A DNA stretch of 64,000 nucleotides from Alphaproteobacteria bacterium (GCA_965261645.1 CBDHDJ010000002.1:769804-833803), one strand, 5' to 3'; counted from the stretch's first letter, positions 1-12,671 are shown. The notes: generated from the sequence alone by a model not told the origin. A program made the numbers and translations.

Positions 1-212
1 CCATCGACGACCGAACGCTCCCATCGCTGATCCAAAGCGAGGCGGATCGATGATCGTCGATGTTCACGCTCCTACCGCGACCCGAGAACTCCTCGATTGC
101 CTATGCGATCAGCCCGGCTGAATGGCGCGTGGGATATTAGAATTTAGCTAAGGCATGGCCCTTTCCCGCACGCCGGGCCGGCCACCGCAGAGACCGGCCC
201 CGAGGACGCGCC

Positions 213-1097
213 TTACACCATAGGGAGTTTGTTCATCCACTCGCGCATCTTGAGGATCCAGGGACCCGATTCGTGGCCCTGGTCGATGTTCGAATCGAAG
301 TGGTCGAGATAGGGCCACATGTAGGTCTCGAGCACGCAGTTTTCCTTCGCCATCGCTGCGACGAACCGATCGGTCGTCCTCAGCACCTCGGGCACGTCGG
401 TCTCGCCCCAGCTAACATGGAAGGGGATCTTGTTGCCCTTGACATGGTTGAGCGAGCTGAGATCGGCCGCGAGCTTGGTGTCTTCAATATCTTCAAAGGC
501 CATCGGATAGGCGGTATCCATCCACTCGCCATCGCCCATCTGGCTGAAATCGAACTCGTAGACCCCACCCGAAGGCATACAGGCCTTGACGACGTTGTCC
601 GGGCAGCCGCGCTCGACCAGCAGGTCCGGACGGAGCGCGAGATAGGACGAGAGGTGGCCGCCCGCCGAATGGCCGGCGATGAAGATGCGCTCGGGATCGC
701 CGCCATGCTGCTCGACCGTCTTGTAAACGTGCGCCAAGGCATCGGCAACATCGCCGATGATCTGAGGCATCTTGGCGTCGGGCGCGATGCGGTAGTCGAA
801 CGAGACGAAGACCGCGGGCGTCAGCGTGACCGCGGGCGCGATATAGCCCATCCATTCCTTGCAGCCGTTGCGCCAAGCCCCGCCATGCATGAAGCACATG
901 ACCGGCAGCCCGGTCAGGCTCTTGTCCTCGGGCATGTAGTAATCGACCTTGTGCCAGTAGCTCTCGCCGTAGGCCACATCGGTCACGCTGCGGGTGTCCC
1001 GATGGGCCTGGTAGGAGAGCGCGACGGCGCGCTCACGGTAGCGCGCGCTCTGCGGAAACAGCATTTCCGGCAATTCGGGCAGCTTTTCGAACGACAT
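213..1097 (-). CDS. alpha/beta hydrolase (esterase/arylformamidase-like)
   Basis: 294-aa ORF with HGGAW oxyanion-hole motif and GHSAGG nucleophile elbow (GxSxG), typical of the alpha/beta-hydrolase fold-3 esterase/lipase family. Confidence 0.7.
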   Translation of the reverse strand: MSFEKLPELPEMLFPQSARYRERAVALSYQAHRDTRSVTDVAYGESYWHKVDYYMPEDKSLTGLPVMCFMHGGAWRNGCKEWMGYIAPAVTLTPAVFVSFDYRIAPDAKMPQIIGDVADALAHVYKTVEQHGGDPERIFIAGHSAGGHLSSYLALRPDLLVERGCPDNVVKACMPSGGVYEFDFSQMGDGEWMDTAYPMAFEDIEDTKLAADLSSLNHVKGNKIPFHVSWGETDVPEVLRTTDRFVAAMAKENCVLETYMWPYLDHFDSNIDQGHESGPWILKMREWMNKLPMV

Positions 1098-1282
1098 GGG
1101 CTTTTCCTCCGATGCGTGTGTTATCCGGGGAGCTTATCAAGAATGCCGGGGTCCACGCCACCGGTAGGGTTCGCCGGCGAGCGAGCGAGGCATTGTGCTT
1201 CGGCCATCTGGTCACGGGTGATCTTTTGAGCGACGATCTCGTAACCTTCTTAAGCGTTTTTGTATCAGGCTTACTGGAACCT

Positions 1283-2382
1283 TTCCTATCCGGTTTACAC
1301 CCACTATGGCTAGAATGGGCGCAAACCGGATATAGGGGAGCGCGCCATGGATGTTCTCGACCGCGCCGATCTCCCATTCCCGCATTCGCTACCCGAGTTC
1401 CAGCGACTTTTCCCCGATGATGCGGCCTGCGCCTCCTACCTGGAGAAAGCCCGCTGGGGAGACGGCTTTGCCTGCCCGCACTGCGGCACGGCGGGAGAGC
1501 CGTTCCACTTTGAAAACCGCCCTGGCGTCCTGCGCTGCCGCAAGTGCCGCCAGAACACCGGGCTGACGGTGGGAACAGTGATGGAGCGTAGCCACACTCC
1601 GCTGAACGTCTGGTTCTGGGCCGCTTATCTGGTCGCCAGTCAGACGCCCGGCATGTCCGCCGTGCAGTTTCAGCGGCAACTTGGTCTTTCGCGCTACGAG
1701 ACGGCCTTTCAAATTCTCCACAAGCTCCGCTCGGGCATGGTGCGGCCCAACCAAGACAGGATCGGTGGACAGCCCAAGAACCATGTTGAGGTGGACGAAA
1801 CCTGGGTTGGCGGGCGAACGCGTGGGGAAGGCCGTGGTGTTCACCACAAGGTTCCCGTCTCCTGTGCCATCGAGGTGCGTCATCGAAAGCCGGGCACCAA
1901 GCTCGACAACCGGAAAGACGGACGCTATGCCGGACGCGTTCGGCTCGCCGTCGTGCTCGACCGTAGCGCCGAGTCGCTCTGTGGGTTCGTCGAGAGCACC
2001 GTCGCGCCGGGATCGCTGATCGTTACTGACGATTGGAGCGGCTATGCTGGCCTCGGTAAGCGCGGCTATGAGCACTTCGCTGTTGCCGAGTGTGGTGATC
2101 CAGAGGTTGCCGAGCAATACCTGCCGATCATCCATCTGGTTTTCGCCAACCTGAAGACGTGGCTGATCGGTATCCACCACGGCGTTAGCCACCAGCACCT
2201 ACAAGCCTACCTCAACGAGTTCACCTTCCGCTTCAACAGGCGGTTCTACCCGTTCAACGCCTTCCGCTCATTGCTCGGCATCGCGGGCGACACCTCTGCT
2301 CCAACCTATGCCGAGCTTTACTCGGGAGAGTGGCGGCACCCTACATGTAGCGGTCATCGGCGTTAACCGGATAGGCAAGATT
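1283..2382 (+). mobile_element. IS1595-family insertion sequence (copy 1)
   Basis: Terminal inverted repeats CCTATCCGGTT at both ends. An identical copy lies at 47296..48397 and a 3' fragment at 13993..14376. Confidence 0.8.
1347..2366 (+). CDS. IS1595-family transposase (zinc-ribbon + DDE)
   Basis: 339 aa. N-terminal CPHCG...CRKC zinc ribbon, and an HVEVDETWVGG DDE region typical of ISXO2-like IS1595 transposases. Confidence 0.8.
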   Translation: MDVLDRADLPFPHSLPEFQRLFPDDAACASYLEKARWGDGFACPHCGTAGEPFHFENRPGVLRCRKCRQNTGLTVGTVMERSHTPLNVWFWAAYLVASQTPGMSAVQFQRQLGLSRYETAFQILHKLRSGMVRPNQDRIGGQPKNHVEVDETWVGGRTRGEGRGVHHKVPVSCAIEVRHRKPGTKLDNRKDGRYAGRVRLAVVLDRSAESLCGFVESTVAPGSLIVTDDWSGYAGLGKRGYEHFAVAECGDPEVAEQYLPIIHLVFANLKTWLIGIHHGVSHQHLQAYLNEFTFRFNRRFYPFNAFRSLLGIAGDTSAPTYAELYSGEWRHPTCSGHRR

Positions 2383-2748
2383 TGGACCTTCCCCCGATAT
2401 TGGTAAGGCGGGTATTACCACTACAAACTTCTCGCTTGGCCAGTTGACTTACGAACAGTTCCTGTCGGCATCGAGTATTGAATTGGGAATTTCACGCACT
2501 AACGCATGGGCACCGTGAGCAGCGATCGTTACAGGCTCATTTTTTGGTTTGCCCGTCACAACCACCGATGTGCTTCTCGGCATGGGAGTCAACTACCCTC
2601 CCTCCGGCACCGGGCCCAACCCCCCTTCGCACAGCGCAGGGCCTGAGTTTTGGGTATCTCAGGATACATCGGAGGGCACTGATCGGTGGCAACTCGCGAA
2701 AACATTCCAGCCAACGTCGCTAAATCAAGCCGTATACAAATTTGCTTT

Positions 2749-3658
2749 AGAGGCCGTTTCGAAAGGGGTTGAGTGGCCGGTGTCGATGTGATTCCAAGGA
2801 GGTTGCTGAGACCGATATGGAGCCGCCATGTGGACGCCGACCACCCGAGAGCAGCATAGCCGCAAGACGCTGCGTTATCAGACTGATTTGACCGATGCGG
2901 AGTGGGTTGTGATCGAGCCTCATTTGCCTCCGGCTCATGGCACGGGACGGCCCCGGTCATGGCCGATGCGAGAGATCGTCAACGGCATTTTCTACGTGAT
3001 GCGGGCTGGCTGCCCTTGGCGCTTGCTGCCAAGCGATTTGCCACCGTGGGGCACGATCTATCGCTGGTTCGCCAAGTTCCGCGACGACGGCCTCCTTGAG
3101 AAGATCAATCACTCTCTGGTCATGGCCGATCGCGAGCGGGTCGGACGCGAGGCCAGCCCGAGCGGCGCGATTATCGACAGCCAGAGCGTCAAGACAACCG
3201 AGGCTGGTGGCCCCCGCGGCTACGATGCGGGCAAGAAGATCAAGGGGCGCAAGCGCCACGCGCTGGTCGACACCGACGGGCGCGGCCTCGTGCTCGAGGC
3301 GCATCCGGCGAGTATCCAGGACCGCGATGGTGGCGGGTCGCTGCTGTGCGCCTCACGCGGCTCGTTTCCGTTCATCGAGAAGGTCTTTGCCGACAGCGGC
3401 TACGCCGGCGAGAAGGTCGCCACGGCCACCGTGATCGCCGTCGAGATCGTGCGCAAAAGCCCCGATCAGGTCGGCTTCGCCGTCCAACCGCGCCGCTGGG
3501 TCGTGGAGCGCTTCTTCGCCTGGATCAACCGCAACCGGCGACTGGCAAAGGACTTCGAGGCCACCATCGCCTCGGCCCGCGCCTTCCTCTACGCCGCCTC
3601 CGTCATGCTCCTCGTCCGCAGATTGGCCCGAGCCGCATGACTTTCGAAACCGACTCTC
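2749..3658 (+). mobile_element. IS5-family (IS427-like) insertion sequence, copy 1
   Basis: About 910-bp element with ends GAGGCCGTTTCGAAAGG ... CTTTCGAAACCGACTC. Three copies are present (also 7725..8637 and 45285..46188). Confidence 0.75.
2828..3640 (+). CDS. IS5-family (IS427 group) DDE transposase
   Basis: 270-aa ORF, identical in all three copies. DDE_Tnp_1-like sequence (…LVDTDGRGL…ADSGYAG…). Confidence 0.8.
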   Translation: MWTPTTREQHSRKTLRYQTDLTDAEWVVIEPHLPPAHGTGRPRSWPMREIVNGIFYVMRAGCPWRLLPSDLPPWGTIYRWFAKFRDDGLLEKINHSLVMADRERVGREASPSGAIIDSQSVKTTEAGGPRGYDAGKKIKGRKRHALVDTDGRGLVLEAHPASIQDRDGGGSLLCASRGSFPFIEKVFADSGYAGEKVATATVIAVEIVRKSPDQVGFAVQPRRWVVERFFAWINRNRRLAKDFEATIASARAFLYAASVMLLVRRLARAA

Positions 3659-3682
3659 AGCATTATCAATCTTTGCCTCTAA

Positions 3683-5126
3683 CAGCCCGTTGATTAAGTC
3701 GGCGCCGTCTGATTCTCTGGTTCCCTGATTTGCAGGGGGATTTGCCGATGGCGATGGGACGGCAGAAGGATGGTCAGGGGGACCTGATGGTGAGCTGGTC
3801 GGAGATGCCGCGCTCTCCGGGTCATGTGTTTTATGACCGCTTGCAGTCGGTGCTGATCGAGGGCGGCTTCGACGCCTTTGCCGAGGCGAGCTGCCGGCCT
3901 TATTACGCGGTCCGGATGGGCGCGCCCTCGGTGCCGCCCGGGCGCTATTTCCGGATGCACCTGGTGGGCTACTTTGAGGGCATCGACAGCGAGCGCGGTC
4001 TGGAGTGGCGCTGCTCGGACTCGCTTTCGCTGCGGGCGTTCCTGCGACTGGGGAGCCGTGATCGGGTGCCGGACCATTCCTGGCTGTCACGGAGCCGCAC
4101 GCGCCGGCCCCATGAAGTCCACGCGGCGGTCTTCGACTGGGTTCTGGTGCTGATCGCCGAGGCGGGGCTGATCAAGGGCGAGCGCATCGGCGTCGATGCC
4201 TCGACCATGGAGGCCAACGCGGCGCTGCGGAACATCGTGCGGCGCGACAACGGCGAAGGCTACCGGGAGATGCTGGAGCGCCTGGCCCGGGAAAGCGGGG
4301 TCGAGACACCCACGGCCGAGGACCTGGCGCCTCTGGACCGGAAGCGCAAGGGCAAGAAGCTTTCCAACACGGATTGGGTTTCGAAGAGCGACCCCGAGGC
4401 CAAGATCACCAAGATGAAGGACGGCACGACGCATCTGGCCTACAAGCCCGAGCACGCGGTGGATCTGGACACCGGCGCGGTGGTGGCGGCCGAGCTGCAC
4501 CCGGCCGATGAGGGCGACACCACGACGCTTTCCAAGACCCTGGCGAAGGCCGAGGCAAACCTCGAGGCGGTGGATGCGGCACCGACATCGGAGGACCCGG
4601 CCGAATGCGTCGCCGACAAAGGTTATCACTCACGGGCGGTCTTGAGGGCTCTGAACGACAGTCCCTGGAAGACCCGGATCGCGGCGCCCAAGCAGACCGG
4701 CTTTTCGCGCTGGCACGGTGATGAGGCGGCGCGGCGCGCGGTCACCAATAACCGTGCGCGGCTCAAGTCCGGGGTCGCCCGCGAGGCCTTCAAGCTGCGC
4801 GCCGAGATCGTCGAGCGCTGCTTTGCCCACAACCTCGATCGTGGCGGCATGCGACGAACCTGGCTGCGCGGGCGAGAGAATGTGCACAAGCGATACCTGC
4901 TCCACGTCGCCGGCCACAATCTATCGTTACTGATGCGCCAGCTCATCGGCGCCGGCACCCCGCGGGAGGCCGTGGCGGGCGGATATGGCGGTATTTTCGT
5001 TCTGCTCACGCCCACCGGGGCCATGCTGGTGGCACGGGGGGGCTCGCAAAGCGGCCAGACGGCTTTCGCCGCCGCATTCCTCATCTGGGAGTGAGAGCCG
5101 GAAAAAGCCAGTTAATCAACGGGCTG
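3683..5126 (+). mobile_element. IS5/IS1182-like insertion sequence (1,444 bp), copy 1
   Basis: Terminal inverted repeats CAGCCCGTTGATTAAGT. Six near-identical copies occur in the window. This copy has no target site duplication and a variant right repeat (gttaatcaac). Confidence 0.85.
3730..5094 (+). CDS. IS5/IS1182-family DDE transposase
   Basis: 454 aa. N-terminal InsH-like domain ([33 protein letters not shown]), then ADKGYHS and a C-terminal …[37 protein letters not shown] typical of IS5/IS1182 transposases. Confidence 0.8.
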   Translation: MQGDLPMAMGRQKDGQGDLMVSWSEMPRSPGHVFYDRLQSVLIEGGFDAFAEASCRPYYAVRMGAPSVPPGRYFRMHLVGYFEGIDSERGLEWRCSDSLSLRAFLRLGSRDRVPDHSWLSRSRTRRPHEVHAAVFDWVLVLIAEAGLIKGERIGVDASTMEANAALRNIVRRDNGEGYREMLERLARESGVETPTAEDLAPLDRKRKGKKLSNTDWVSKSDPEAKITKMKDGTTHLAYKPEHAVDLDTGAVVAAELHPADEGDTTTLSKTLAKAEANLEAVDAAPTSEDPAECVADKGYHSRAVLRALNDSPWKTRIAAPKQTGFSRWHGDEAARRAVTNNRARLKSGVAREAFKLRAEIVERCFAHNLDRGGMRRTWLRGRENVHKRYLLHVAGHNLSLLMRQLIGAGTPREAVAGGYGGIFVLLTPTGAMLVARGGSQSGQTAFAAAFLIWE

Positions 5127-5647
5127 TGATCTCAGGCAATCTTCGCCGCAGCCGTCCACGTGCCAGTGCTCGTTGGCACCTTGACGAAATGGTCATCAGG
5201 ATCCGCGGTCGAAGACATTGGCTGTGGCGGGCGGTCGACGACGAAGGTGAAGTTCTCGACTTCCTGGTCCAGCCACGACGCTGCGCCCGATCGGCGCAGA
5301 GGTTGCTGCGGAAGCTGCTGAAGAAGCAGGGCTTTGCGCCGAAGCGCATTACCACGGACAAGCTCAAATCCTACGCTGTTGCGATCCGCAAAGAGCGACT
5401 TACCGCTATTCACGATCAGGGATTGCGGGCGAACAATCGAGCCGAGAATTCACACCAGCCGGTACGTCGACGCGAACGAAAACAACAGCGGTTCAATTCA
5501 CCGGGATCCGCCCAACGGTTCCTTTCAATCCACGCCGCCGTCTACAACGCTTTCTACGTCCAGCGCCATCTTTTACCCCGCCGCATTTTCAAGGCGTTTC
5601 GAGCCGAGACGTTCGCTGTCTGGAATCAAGGCTGGTGTGCTGCCTGA
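5127..5647 (+). pseudogene. IS6-family transposase, 3' fragment (N-terminus removed by the IS insertion)
   Basis: Frame continuing after the IS end encodes …MVIRIRGRRHWLWRAVDDEGEVLDFLVQPRRCARSAQRLLRKLLKKQGFAPKRITTDKLKSY…NAFYVQRHLL, which resembles the IS26/IS6 transposase C-terminal region. Confidence 0.6.
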
Positions 5648-5697
5648 TCCAGATCACGATCCAATCGTGCCGAACGCGGCAGTTAACGTGTCAATGC

Positions 5698-5916
5698 CCA
5701 ACCAACGCTACCACGAGAGCATCGGCAACGTAACTCCAGCCGACGCCTACTTTGGACGCCACACCGCCATCATCGAAAAGAGAAAAAAGATCAAAAACTG
5801 ACCACCCAAAACCGCCGCTTGAACCATCAAAGCCAAGCGGCTTAACATCAAACAAAGATGAGCCAGATCCTCCCTATGAAACACGCTCAACAGTCCCATT
5901 TGTTTTGATGACGGAC
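5698..5916 (+). mobile_element. IS3-family element (as at 11618..13132), 3'-terminal fragment
   Basis: Matches the orfB 3' end and right terminus (…NQRYHESIGNVTPADAYFGRHTAIIEKRKK…cccatttgttttgatgacggaca) of the element at 11618..13132. The A/C run lengths differ between copies. Confidence 0.7.
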
Positions 5917-6038
5917 AATGACGGACAGGCGCTCGCACGGCTGCTCATGGATGGGACGCACCGACATGTCACCGCCGAGCAGCTCCACGGCGACGCAGTG
6001 GCGGCTAACATCAAAGTATCGTTGGCGACGGTCTATAA

Positions 6039-7482
6039 CAGCCCGTTGATTAAGTCGGCGCCGTCTGATTCTCTGGTTCCCTGATTTGCAGGGGGATTTG
6101 CCGATGGCGATGGGACGGCAGAAGGATGGTCAGGGGGACCTGATGGTGAGCTGGTCGGAGATGCCGCGCTCTCCGGGTCATGTGTTTTATGACCGCTTGC
6201 AGTCGGTGCTGATCGAGGGCGGCTTCGACGCCTTTGCCGAGGCGATCTGCCGGCCTTATTACGCGGTCCGGATGGGCGCGCCCTCGGTGCCGCCCGGGCG
6301 CTATTTCCGGATGCACCTGGTGGGCTACTTCGAGGGCATCGACAGCGAGCGCGGTCTGGAGTGGCGCTGCTCGGACTCGCTTTCGCTGCGGGCGTTCCTG
6401 CGACTGGGGAGCCGTGATCGGGTACCGGACCATTCCTGGCTGTCACGGAGCCGCACGCGCCTGCCCCATGAAGTCCACGCGGCGGTCTTCGACTGGGTTC
6501 TGGTGCTGATCGCCGAGGCGGGGCTGATCAAGGGCGAGCGCATCGGCGTCGATGCCTCGACCATGGAGGCCAACGCGGCGCTGCGGAACATCGTGCGGCG
6601 CGACAACGGCGAAGGCTACCGGGAGATGCTGGAGCGCCTGGCCCGGGAAAGCGGGGTCGAGACACCCACGGCCGAGGACCTGGCGCGTCTGGACCGGAAG
6701 CGCAAGGGCAAGAAGCTTTCCAACACGGATTGGGTTTCGAAGAGCGACCCCGAGGCCAAGATCACCAAGATGAAGGACGGCACGACGCATCTGGCCTACA
6801 AGCCCGAGCACGCGGTGGATCTGGACACCGGCGCGGTGGTGGCGGCCGAGCTGCACCCGGCCGATGAGGGCGACACCACGACGCTTTCCAAGACCCTGGC
6901 GAAGGCCGAGGCAAACCTCGAGGCGGTGGATGCGGCACCGACATCGGAGGACCCGGCCGAATGCGTCGCCGACAAAGGTTATCACTCACGGGCGGTCTTG
7001 AGGGCTCTGAACGACAGTCCCTGGAAGACCCGGATCGCGGCGCCCAAGCAGACCGGCTTTTCGCGCTGGCACGGTGATGAGGCGGCGCGGCGCGCGGTCA
7101 CCAATAACCGTGCGCGGCTCAAGTCCGGGGTCGCCCGCGAGGCCTTCAAGCTGCGCGCCGAGATCGTCGAGCGCTGCTTTGCCCACAACCTCGATCGTGG
7201 CGGCATGCGACGAACCTGGCTGCGCGGGCGAGAGAATGTGCACAAGCGATACCTGCTCCACGTCGCCGGCCACAATCTATCGTTACTGATGCGCCAGCTC
7301 ATCGGCGCCGGCACCCCGCGGGAGGCCGTGGCGGGCGGATATGGCGGTATTTTCGTTCTGCTCACGCCCACCGGGGCCATGCTGGTGGCACGGGGGGGCT
7401 CGCAAAGCGGCCAGACGGCTTTCGCCGCCGCATTCCTCATCTGGGAGTGAGAGCCGGAAAAAGCCACTTAATCAACGGGCTG
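6039..7482 (+). mobile_element. IS5/IS1182-like insertion sequence, copy 2
   Basis: Same terminal repeats as copy 1. Flanked by a 4-bp direct repeat ATAA. Inserted into the Fur-family gene. Confidence 0.85.
6086..7450 (+). CDS. IS5/IS1182-family DDE transposase
   Basis: 454-aa ORF, nearly identical to the one at 3730..5094. Confidence 0.8.
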   Translation: MQGDLPMAMGRQKDGQGDLMVSWSEMPRSPGHVFYDRLQSVLIEGGFDAFAEAICRPYYAVRMGAPSVPPGRYFRMHLVGYFEGIDSERGLEWRCSDSLSLRAFLRLGSRDRVPDHSWLSRSRTRLPHEVHAAVFDWVLVLIAEAGLIKGERIGVDASTMEANAALRNIVRRDNGEGYREMLERLARESGVETPTAEDLARLDRKRKGKKLSNTDWVSKSDPEAKITKMKDGTTHLAYKPEHAVDLDTGAVVAAELHPADEGDTTTLSKTLAKAEANLEAVDAAPTSEDPAECVADKGYHSRAVLRALNDSPWKTRIAAPKQTGFSRWHGDEAARRAVTNNRARLKSGVAREAFKLRAEIVERCFAHNLDRGGMRRTWLRGRENVHKRYLLHVAGHNLSLLMRQLIGAGTPREAVAGGYGGIFVLLTPTGAMLVARGGSQSGQTAFAAAFLIWE

Positions 7483-7724
7483 ATAACACTCTCCACCAAT
7501 TCACTAACGCAGGGTTGTTGCGTGAAGTCGTCGTAGAGCCGGGCCGTTCCTATTTCGACACGAACACGTCCGACCACCACCACTTCTTCAATGTCGACTG
7601 CGGCGAATTGATCGACATTTCGGGTGAAGAGTTCAGTGTAGGGAAGCTTCCGCCCACGCCCTATGGAACTCAGATCAGCCGGATCGACATCATCGTCCAA
7701 ATCCGAGAAGACGAAGATCCGGCT

Positions 7725-8637
7725 GAGAGTCGGTTTCGAAAGTCATGCGGCTCGGGCCAATCTGCGGACGAGGAGCATGACGGAGGCGGCGTAGAGGAAG
7801 GCGCGGGCCGAGGCGATGGTGGCCTCGAAGTCCTTTGCCAGTCGCCGGTTGCGGTTGATCCAGGCGAAGAAGCGCTCCACGACCCAGCGGCGCGGTTGGA
7901 CGGCGAAGCCGACCTGATCGGGGCTTTTGCGCACGATCTCGACGGCGATCACGGTGGCCGTGGCGACCTTCTCGCCGGCGTAGCCGCTGTCGGCAAAGAC
8001 CTTCTCGATGAACGGAAACGAGCCGCGTGAGGCGCACAGCAGCGACCCGCCACCATCGCGGTCCTGGATACTCGCCGGATGCGCCTCGAGCACGAGGCCG
8101 CGCCCGTCGGTGTCGACCAGCGCGTGGCGCTTGCGCCCCTTGATCTTCTTGCCCGCATCGTAGCCGCGGGGGCCACCAGCCTCGGTTGTCTTGACGCTCT
8201 GGCTGTCGATAATCGCGCCGCTCGGGCTGGCCTCGCGTCCGACCCGCTCGCGATCGGCCATGACCAGAGAGTGATTGATCTTCTCAAGGAGGCCGTCGTC
8301 GCGGAACTTGGCGAACCAGCGATAGATCGTGCCCCACGGTGGCAAATCGCTTGGCAGCAAGCGCCAAGGGCAGCCAGCCCGCATCACGTAGAAAATGCCG
8401 TTGACGATCTCTCGCATCGGCCATGACCGGGGCCGTCCCGTGCCATGAGCCGGAGGCAAATGAGGCTCGATCACAACCCACTCCGCATCGGTCAAATCAG
8501 TCTGATAACGCAGCGTCTTGCGGCTATGCTGCTCTCGGGTGGTCGGCGTCCACATGGCGGCTCCATATCGGTCTCAGCAACCTCCTTGGAATCACATCGA
8601 CACCGGCCACTCAACCCCTTTCGAAACGGCCTCTTAG
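7725..8637 (-). mobile_element. IS5-family (IS427-like) insertion sequence, copy 2
   Basis: Same ends as copy 1, in inverse orientation. Confidence 0.75.
7743..8555 (-). CDS. IS5-family (IS427 group) DDE transposase
   Basis: 270 aa, identical to the ORF at 2828..3640. Confidence 0.8.
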   Translation of the reverse strand: MWTPTTREQHSRKTLRYQTDLTDAEWVVIEPHLPPAHGTGRPRSWPMREIVNGIFYVMRAGCPWRLLPSDLPPWGTIYRWFAKFRDDGLLEKINHSLVMADRERVGREASPSGAIIDSQSVKTTEAGGPRGYDAGKKIKGRKRHALVDTDGRGLVLEAHPASIQDRDGGGSLLCASRGSFPFIEKVFADSGYAGEKVATATVIAVEIVRKSPDQVGFAVQPRRWVVERFFAWINRNRRLAKDFEATIASARAFLYAASVMLLVRRLARAA

Positions 8638-8901
8638 GATCGGTTTGTGGTCTCAAGCGTATATTTTTGTGTTTGGAACGCTTCCAATTCATTGACTCGG
8701 TATTCGCCGTTTCCCATATTCACCGATGCGGACCGGCGACCCCAATTCTGGGCGCGTTGCAACGGAAAATTTGATACGGGAATCAGCCAAACAAATTGTG
8801 GGAAGATGCCATGCCGTCCTTGAAGGGAACTCGAACCCTACAGAATTTAAAAGACTCATATGGCGGCTAGAACCAGGCACTATTTGGGGAATGTCAGCTA
8901 A

Positions 8902-11127
<2,226 letters not shown>

Positions 11128-11162
11128 TCCCAGCGGAAAGGTCTTCGAGGGCTTCTAGATTG

Positions 11163-11261
11163 GATTGGTCCCATTATCGGAGGAGCGATCGCAGCTCTTG
11201 TCTACAAGCACGTATTGCATGAGCGACAGTCAGCCGAACGAGTAGTCCTGCACTGAAGATC
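11163..11261 (+). pseudogene. aquaporin (MIP family) C-terminal remnant
   Basis: In-frame after a TAG, encodes WIGPIIGGAIAALVYKHVLHERQSAERVVLH*, the conserved C-terminal helix of AqpZ-like channels. Only about 30 codons remain. Confidence 0.5.
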
Positions 11262-11538
11262 GCAACGGCCCCATGGGGTATTTGTATGGACGCCTCCCGG
11301 AACGCAAGGACCGATTTGGTCCAACGCCCGCGAAGGGTGCGAAGCGGTCGCGAATGGCGGTCGCGAGGTTTTCGGGGCCTGCTTTGCTGTCAACCGCCTC
11401 ACGCAGGATGAGGCGCGCTTCTTCTTCCATTGAACGCCCCACCGTGAAACACATCAGACGACGAGACAAACTCCAAAAAATGGCATTAAGAAGTGCAATC
11501 ACGCCGCCGCATCGGGTCACGATTCGTCGCCGGATCAA
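11230..11538 (-). pseudogene. ribbon-helix-helix antitoxin-like remnant (VapB/FitA-like?)
   Basis: Contains a …GRSMEEEARLILREAV… motif reminiscent of FitA/VapB ribbon-helix-helix antitoxins. The N-terminus is aberrant and no partner toxin gene follows. Confidence 0.25.
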
Positions 11539-11582
11539 GGCCTAAACCTGTAGATCAGATTCTTGGTGGGGACAGGTTCCAG

Positions 11583-12671
11583 TTAGAGACTTGTCGAAGA
11601 CGCCCTCGCCGCATGGCTGTCCGTCATCAAAACAAATGGGACTGTTGAGCGTGTTTCATAGGGAGGATCTGGCTCATCTTTGTTTGATGTTAAGCCGCTT
11701 GGCTTTGATGGTTCAAGCGGCGGTTTTGGGGGGTCAGTTTTTTGATCTTTTTTTCTCTTTTCGATGATGGCGGTGTGGCGTCCAAAGTAGGCGTCGGCTG
11801 GAGTTACGTTGCCGATGCTCTCGTGGTAGCGTTGGTTGTTGTAGTGATCGACGAAGGCGCTGATCTGGTTTTCGAGATCGCCGGGTAGATAATAATTTTC
11901 AAGCAGGATCCGGTTCTTCAGCGTTTGATGCCAGCGCTCGATCTTGCCCTGGGTTTGCGGGTGATACGGTGCGCCCCGAACGTGATCCATACCGTGGTCC
12001 TCGAGCCATTCAGCCAGATCGCCGGAGATATAGGACGAGCCGTTGTCGCTGAGCAGCTTCGGCTTGTGGACGACATTGGCGCGATTGCAGCCTGAGGCTT
12101 CTAGCGCCAACTTCAGTGTTGCCGTCACATCGTCCGCCGTCATGTTGGTGCAGAGCTTCCAAGCAATGATGTAGCGGGAATAGTCGTCCAGGATGGTCGA
12201 CAGGTAAAACCAGCCCCAGCCGATGACCTTGAGATAGGTGAAGTCGGTCTGCCACAGCTGGTTCGGCGCCGTGGTCTTGTCGCGGAACTCATCGGCTGTC
12301 TTGATGACCACGAAAGCGGGGCTGGTGATCAGGTCGTGGGCCTTGAGAAGCCGGTAAACCGAGGCTTCCGAGACAAAGTAGCCCCTGGTGTCCGTAAACC
12401 TGACGGCCAGTTCCCGGGGCGACAGTTGCGTCTCCTCCAGGGCAAGATCGATGATCTGCCCCCGGACATCATCCGGGATCCGGTTCCACACCCGGCCTGG
12501 GCTGCTGTTGCGATCCTCAAGACCGGCGTCGCCAAAGGCCAGAAAGCGATCGTACCAGCGATAAAAGGTGGTCTTCGGAATGCCCAGCTTGTCCAAAGTG
12601 GACCCGACGCCCAGGTGGGACTGCTCGACCAGGCGGATGATCTCCAGCTTCTCGGATGCGGGATACCTCAT
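11583..12671 (-). CDS. IS3-family transposase OrfB (integrase core, rve)
   Basis: 362 aa with a DDE integrase core (…WQTDFTYLKV…LSDNGSSYIS…HPQTQGKIERWHQTLK…). The 3' end reads through the IS terminus because A/C run lengths differ from the copy at 23794..24774. Confidence 0.8.
   Translation of the reverse strand: MRYPASEKLEIIRLVEQSHLGVGSTLDKLGIPKTTFYRWYDRFLAFGDAGLEDRNSSPGRVWNRIPDDVRGQIIDLALEETQLSPRELAVRFTDTRGYFVSEASVYRLLKAHDLITSPAFVVIKTADEFRDKTTAPNQLWQTDFTYLKVIGWGWFYLSTILDDYSRYIIAWKLCTNMTADDVTATLKLALEASGCNRANVVHKPKLLSDNGSSYISGDLAEWLEDHGMDHVRGAPYHPQTQGKIERWHQTLKNRILLENYYLPGDLENQISAFVDHYNNQRYHESIGNVTPADAYFGRHTAIIEKRKKDQKTDPPKPPLEPSKPSGLTSNKDEPDPPYETRSTVPFVLMTDSHAARASSTSL

Larger units (their letters stand above)
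5917..7726 (+). pseudogene. Fur-family metalloregulator (Irr/PerR/Fur-like), disrupted
   Basis: N-terminal piece …DGQALARLLMDGTHRHVTAEQLHGDAVAANIKVSLATVYN (Fur winged helix) at 5917..6038. C-terminal piece …GRSYFDTNTSDHHHFFNVDCGELIDISGEEF… (Fur metal-binding/dimerisation region) at 7483..7726. The gene is split by the IS at 6039..7482 (target duplication ATAA), 5'-truncated by the IS3 fragment and 3'-abutted by the IS427-like copy. Confidence 0.65.

Noticed and set aside
8790-8840. tRNA-like T-arm motif (reverse complement GGGTTCGAGTTCCC) upstream of katG that could mark an integration site remnant
   Set aside because: The loop would be 8 nt and no acceptor stem or CCA-proximal pairing can be built. 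Most likely chance similarity.
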